Shown: positions 61,634 through 64,000 of the stretch, piece after piece
Position numbering within the stretch: position 1 is the first letter of the stretch
Layout: each line of letters opens with the position of its first letter
NCBI GenBank assembly: GCA_963706575.1
Contig: CAVPNL010000005.1
Span: 320,001-384,000 of the forward strand
Length of the DNA stretch: 64,000 nucleotides
Source of the DNA: an uncultured delta proteobacterium
Lineage (GTDB): Bacteria > Desulfobacterota > Desulfobacteria > Desulfobacterales > JAHEIW01
Direction: 5' to 3'
Program-made: the position numbers and the translations under genes
The notes under the pieces: generated by a model
Database searches by the model: none
The model's input: only the letters and a program-made list of their open reading frames with translations
Told to the model about the DNA's origin: nothing

Positions 61634-61963
61634 ATGGAAGATCGAACGGAAAAGAGATCCTGTGAGCGCCATTATCAGGAAGTTCCGATCACAGTGGCCT
61701 ATTTTAATACCAACAGGTATCACAGTGCCAAGATGCTGAACTACAGTGAAGGGGGGATTTATTTTGAATCGGATTTCGCATTTCAGCCCGGGGCAAGCAT
61801 ATATTTCAGAATTGAAAAAAAAATGACGGACCTGCCTGCCAGAAAGATCCATAATGGCTTCCGATCCGTGACACTTGGCGAAGTAAAGTGGTGCAAACAA
61901 ATAAATAAAGGGGAATCCAGCCTATCTGGAATGGGTGTCAAGTATTACGAACTTGAATACTAG
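61634..61963 (+). CDS. PilZ domain protein (paralog of 42586)
   Basis: RSCER, NYSEGG, FQPG.SI, GFRS..LGEVKWC. Confidence 0.8.
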   Translation: MEDRTEKRSCERHYQEVPITVAYFNTNRYHSAKMLNYSEGGIYFESDFAFQPGASIYFRIEKKMTDLPARKIHNGFRSVTLGEVKWCKQINKGESSLSGMGVKYYELEY

Positions 61964-62155
61964 TGTTGTGTCCCGCAAGTAATTTACAACTTACGGGTCA
62001 AGTTTATTAAGGTTAATTCGCTTTATTTTAGGTGTCAGAAATAACTAGGTGTCAGTGTTCAGGTGTCAGGATCACGAACCCGAAGACGGCTAGAATCATC
62101 AGATTCCGCAATTTGCCAGCCGTTTTCTGACTCCTGAGCACAGACACCTGACACC
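61960..62155. repeat. MITE-like remnant with GGTGTCA heptamer inverted arms
   Basis: Starts CTAGTGTTGTGTCCC; AGGTGTCAG occurs three times (62030-62069); 62048-62070 pairs with 62126-62148 (19/23). Confidence 0.55.
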
Positions 62156-62341
62156 ATAGACCCTGTGTCGTTTAAAGAATTCAACTGAACGAAAATATAC
62201 CACGCGATTTTCGTAACATCCTACCGTCAATCTTTCTGAATCACCGCCAGTCCCGCTCCCGAGAGCCCGTTTAGCGTATTTTTCATTCGCCTTCACCTGC
62301 GGGGACACCGTCTCGTCTTAACGGGAAAGTGGGGAGCTTCC

Positions 62342-62381
62342 TTTTGAAATATTGCGAAAAAAATTTCGCAATATTTCAAAA
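62342..62381. promoter_or_regulatory. Enhancer, copy 6 (perfect palindrome)
   Basis: TTTTGAAATATTGCGAAA-AAAA-TTTCGCAATATTTCAAAA, 83 nt from its promoter. Confidence 0.85.
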
Positions 62382-62464
62382 ATTCAGCGTAACAGCCAAT
62401 ATGCCGGTCCGGGTTTAAATCAAAACATACTGAATTTAATAACTTTTTTAAAACAGCTGTGATT

Positions 62465-62480
62465 TGGCATACCTTGTGCT
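62465..62480 (+). promoter_or_regulatory. Sigma-54 promoter
   Basis: TGGCATACCTTGTGCT. Confidence 0.75.
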
Positions 62481-62547
62481 TTGAATTAGGACGGAAATCA
62501 ATGGTCTAAAGGCATTTCAAATTTTTAGGAATAAAAGGAGGATTAAA

Positions 62548-63297
62548 ATGTTAGTCAAAAATTGGATGTGTAAAAACGTTGTCACTATAGATGTGAACGA
62601 TTCGATGCAGGACGCCATGAAGCAGTTAAAAGAACATAGCATTCGCATGTTGCCGGTTATGAAAAATGGTAAACTCGTCGGCATCGTAACGGATCGAGAT
62701 CTTAAAAAGGCATCTGCATCCGATGCCACCACGTTGGAGATTCATGAACTCCTGTTCCTTCTTACAAAGATTAAAGTCAAAGACATCATGACCAAAAATC
62801 CGATTACCGTGCCGCCGGACTACACCGCAGAAGAAACCGCTCAGGTGCTTCTAGAGAGCAAAATATCCGGTGCTCCTGTGGTCGATGATGGCGGACAAGT
62901 TGTCGGTACCATTACCCAAACAGATTTATTTCGGGTTCTTATTTCACTCACAGGTGTAGGAAAAGGTGGCATCCAGTTTGGCTTTCAAATTGAAGACAGA
63001 CCTGGCTCGATTAAGGAAGTTGAAAATATTATCCGGCAATATGGCGGTAGAATGGTCAGTATTCTGACATCCTATGACGCTGTTCCAATGGGGTATCGCA
63101 AGGTTTACATCCGTATGCACAGCATCGAGCGATCCAAGCTAAAAAGACTCAAAGAAAAACTCAGCGAAATAGCTGCATTTCTCTACATGATCGATCAGCG
63201 GGAAAATAGTCGAGAAATTTTGCTCAGAGAAGATGAATTAGAAAGGAGAATCCGCGATGAAAAAGAAACCACAGCGCAAACTATTAGTCCCTGTTGA
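62548..63297 (+). CDS. CBS-pair plus ACT domain protein (AcuB-like)
   Basis: MLVKNWM, LPV...KLVGIVTDRDLK.AS.S.ATTL.IHEL, EDRPGSIKEV. Confidence 0.88.
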   Translation: MLVKNWMCKNVVTIDVNDSMQDAMKQLKEHSIRMLPVMKNGKLVGIVTDRDLKKASASDATTLEIHELLFLLTKIKVKDIMTKNPITVPPDYTAEETAQVLLESKISGAPVVDDGGQVVGTITQTDLFRVLISLTGVGKGGIQFGFQIEDRPGSIKEVENIIRQYGGRMVSILTSYDAVPMGYRKVYIRMHSIERSKLKRLKEKLSEIAAFLYMIDQRENSREILLREDELERRIRDEKETTAQTISPC

Positions 63298-64000
63298 CGG
63301 ATCGGATCGTTCGATTAATACGGTCAAGTACATCTCAAAGTTCGAACCTTTTCGTCGCATGCGGGTTATTTTATTTCATGTGTTCAGTAAGGTACCCGAG
63401 GGATTTTGGGACCTAGAAACTGATCCCAGAAGCACCTCGACCGTCAAGGAGGTTCGCGCATGGGAGGTTCAGCAAAAAAGAAATATCAACCAATATATGG
63501 AAATAGCGCGTCAGTTCTTAATAAAAACCGGCTTTCCTTCCAATTCCATAGAGGTAAAAATTCAGAATAGAAAAGAAGGTTTTGCCAGAGATATCATTCG
63601 AGAAGCGCGAAATGGCTATTATGCAGTTGTCACGCGACGGCGCGGAATGACCGGATTGAGAGGAATCGTGCTGGGCAGTGTGGCCACCAAGCTGGTCGAA
63701 AAACTTTCCTTTTTACCGCTTATATTGGTCGGCAGAAAGCCGCCCGGCAACAAGATACTGCTGGGTTTTGACGGATCCGAAGGGTCGCTGCGCGCCGTTG
63801 ATTTTGTCGGCAGTACCATGGGTGGATTCGGTTTCAAGGCAAAATTAATTTACGTCATCCGAGGAAAAGAAAACGACGACCCGCACACTCAGCTATTATA
63901 TTCCCCTGCGAAATATACAGATACGGCCCGAAAACAGATGACCACCGACTTGGCTTTGGCAGGGGAAAAACTGGCCGATCTGGGTTTTAAGCCGCATCAG
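63257..64000 (+). CDS. Tandem-domain universal stress protein (partial, runs off the window end)
   Basis: Open frame MKKKPQRKLLVPVDGS...GFARDII...RRG...VLGSVATKL...ILLGFDGS to the window end. Paralog of 46691; absent from the ORF track. Confidence 0.88.
   Translation, partial: MKKKPQRKLLVPVDGSDRSINTVKYISKFEPFRRMRVILFHVFSKVPEGFWDLETDPRSTSTVKEVRAWEVQQKRNINQYMEIARQFLIKTGFPSNSIEVKIQNRKEGFARDIIREARNGYYAVVTRRRGMTGLRGIVLGSVATKLVEKLSFLPLILVGRKPPGNKILLGFDGSEGSLRAVDFVGSTMGGFGFKAKLIYVIRGKENDDPHTQLLYSPAKYTDTARKQMTTDLALAGEKLADLGFKPHQ

Noticed and set aside
36174..62381. The 38-bp repeats as CRISPR repeats or IS ends
   Set aside because: They are dispersed kilobases apart, have no spacers or cas/transposase genes, and sit at a fixed distance from sigma-54 promoters.
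1..64000. tRNA, rRNA, riboswitch, prophage or defence genes
   Set aside because: None recognised by eye; covariance-model searches were not possible, so small RNAs could be missed.

Overview
A 64-kb bacterial chromosomal segment. Gene content (HdrA/HdrL, MvhD, QmoC-like, Ech, many sigma-54 systems, SelD/YedF) suggests a sulfate-reducer-like Desulfobacterota; this is inference only. No rRNA, tRNA, CRISPR array or transposase was seen. (1) 1-6.4 kb: dodecin, a core-MetE-like enzyme, kynureninase, a DUF1989 protein, an MFS transporter, small CTAG-ended MITE-like repeats and a decayed NifB/NifX fragment. (2) 6.5-27 kb: a sigma-54-driven Hdr/Qmo-type redox cluster interleaved with two-component genes. 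It includes a tandem HdrA with an intact response-regulator receiver domain inserted in it, a QmoC-HdrD-like fusion, HdrL, MvhD, two FrhB/FdhB-like proteins, a kinase with heme-c motifs and an OrpR-like activator. (3) 27-31.5 kb: FmdB-like/IscU-like, DUF134/DUF5320 and Sec-containing selD-yedF units that share a palindromic operator. (4) 31.6-64 kb: a locally clustered sigma-54 regulon. Six copies of a 38-bp enhancer sit 83-85 nt upstream of -24/-12 promoters, and one copy also faces a seventh, divergent promoter. The regulon covers a receiver-SLC13 transporter fusion, five universal stress proteins, Ech, a group 3b [NiFe] hydrogenase, a formate/nitrite channel, a CoA-transferase, PilZ/GGDEF proteins and a degenerate glycogen-synthase-like protein. 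Many genes carry small indels that look like long-read errors. All calls come from reading motifs by eye; no database searches were run.
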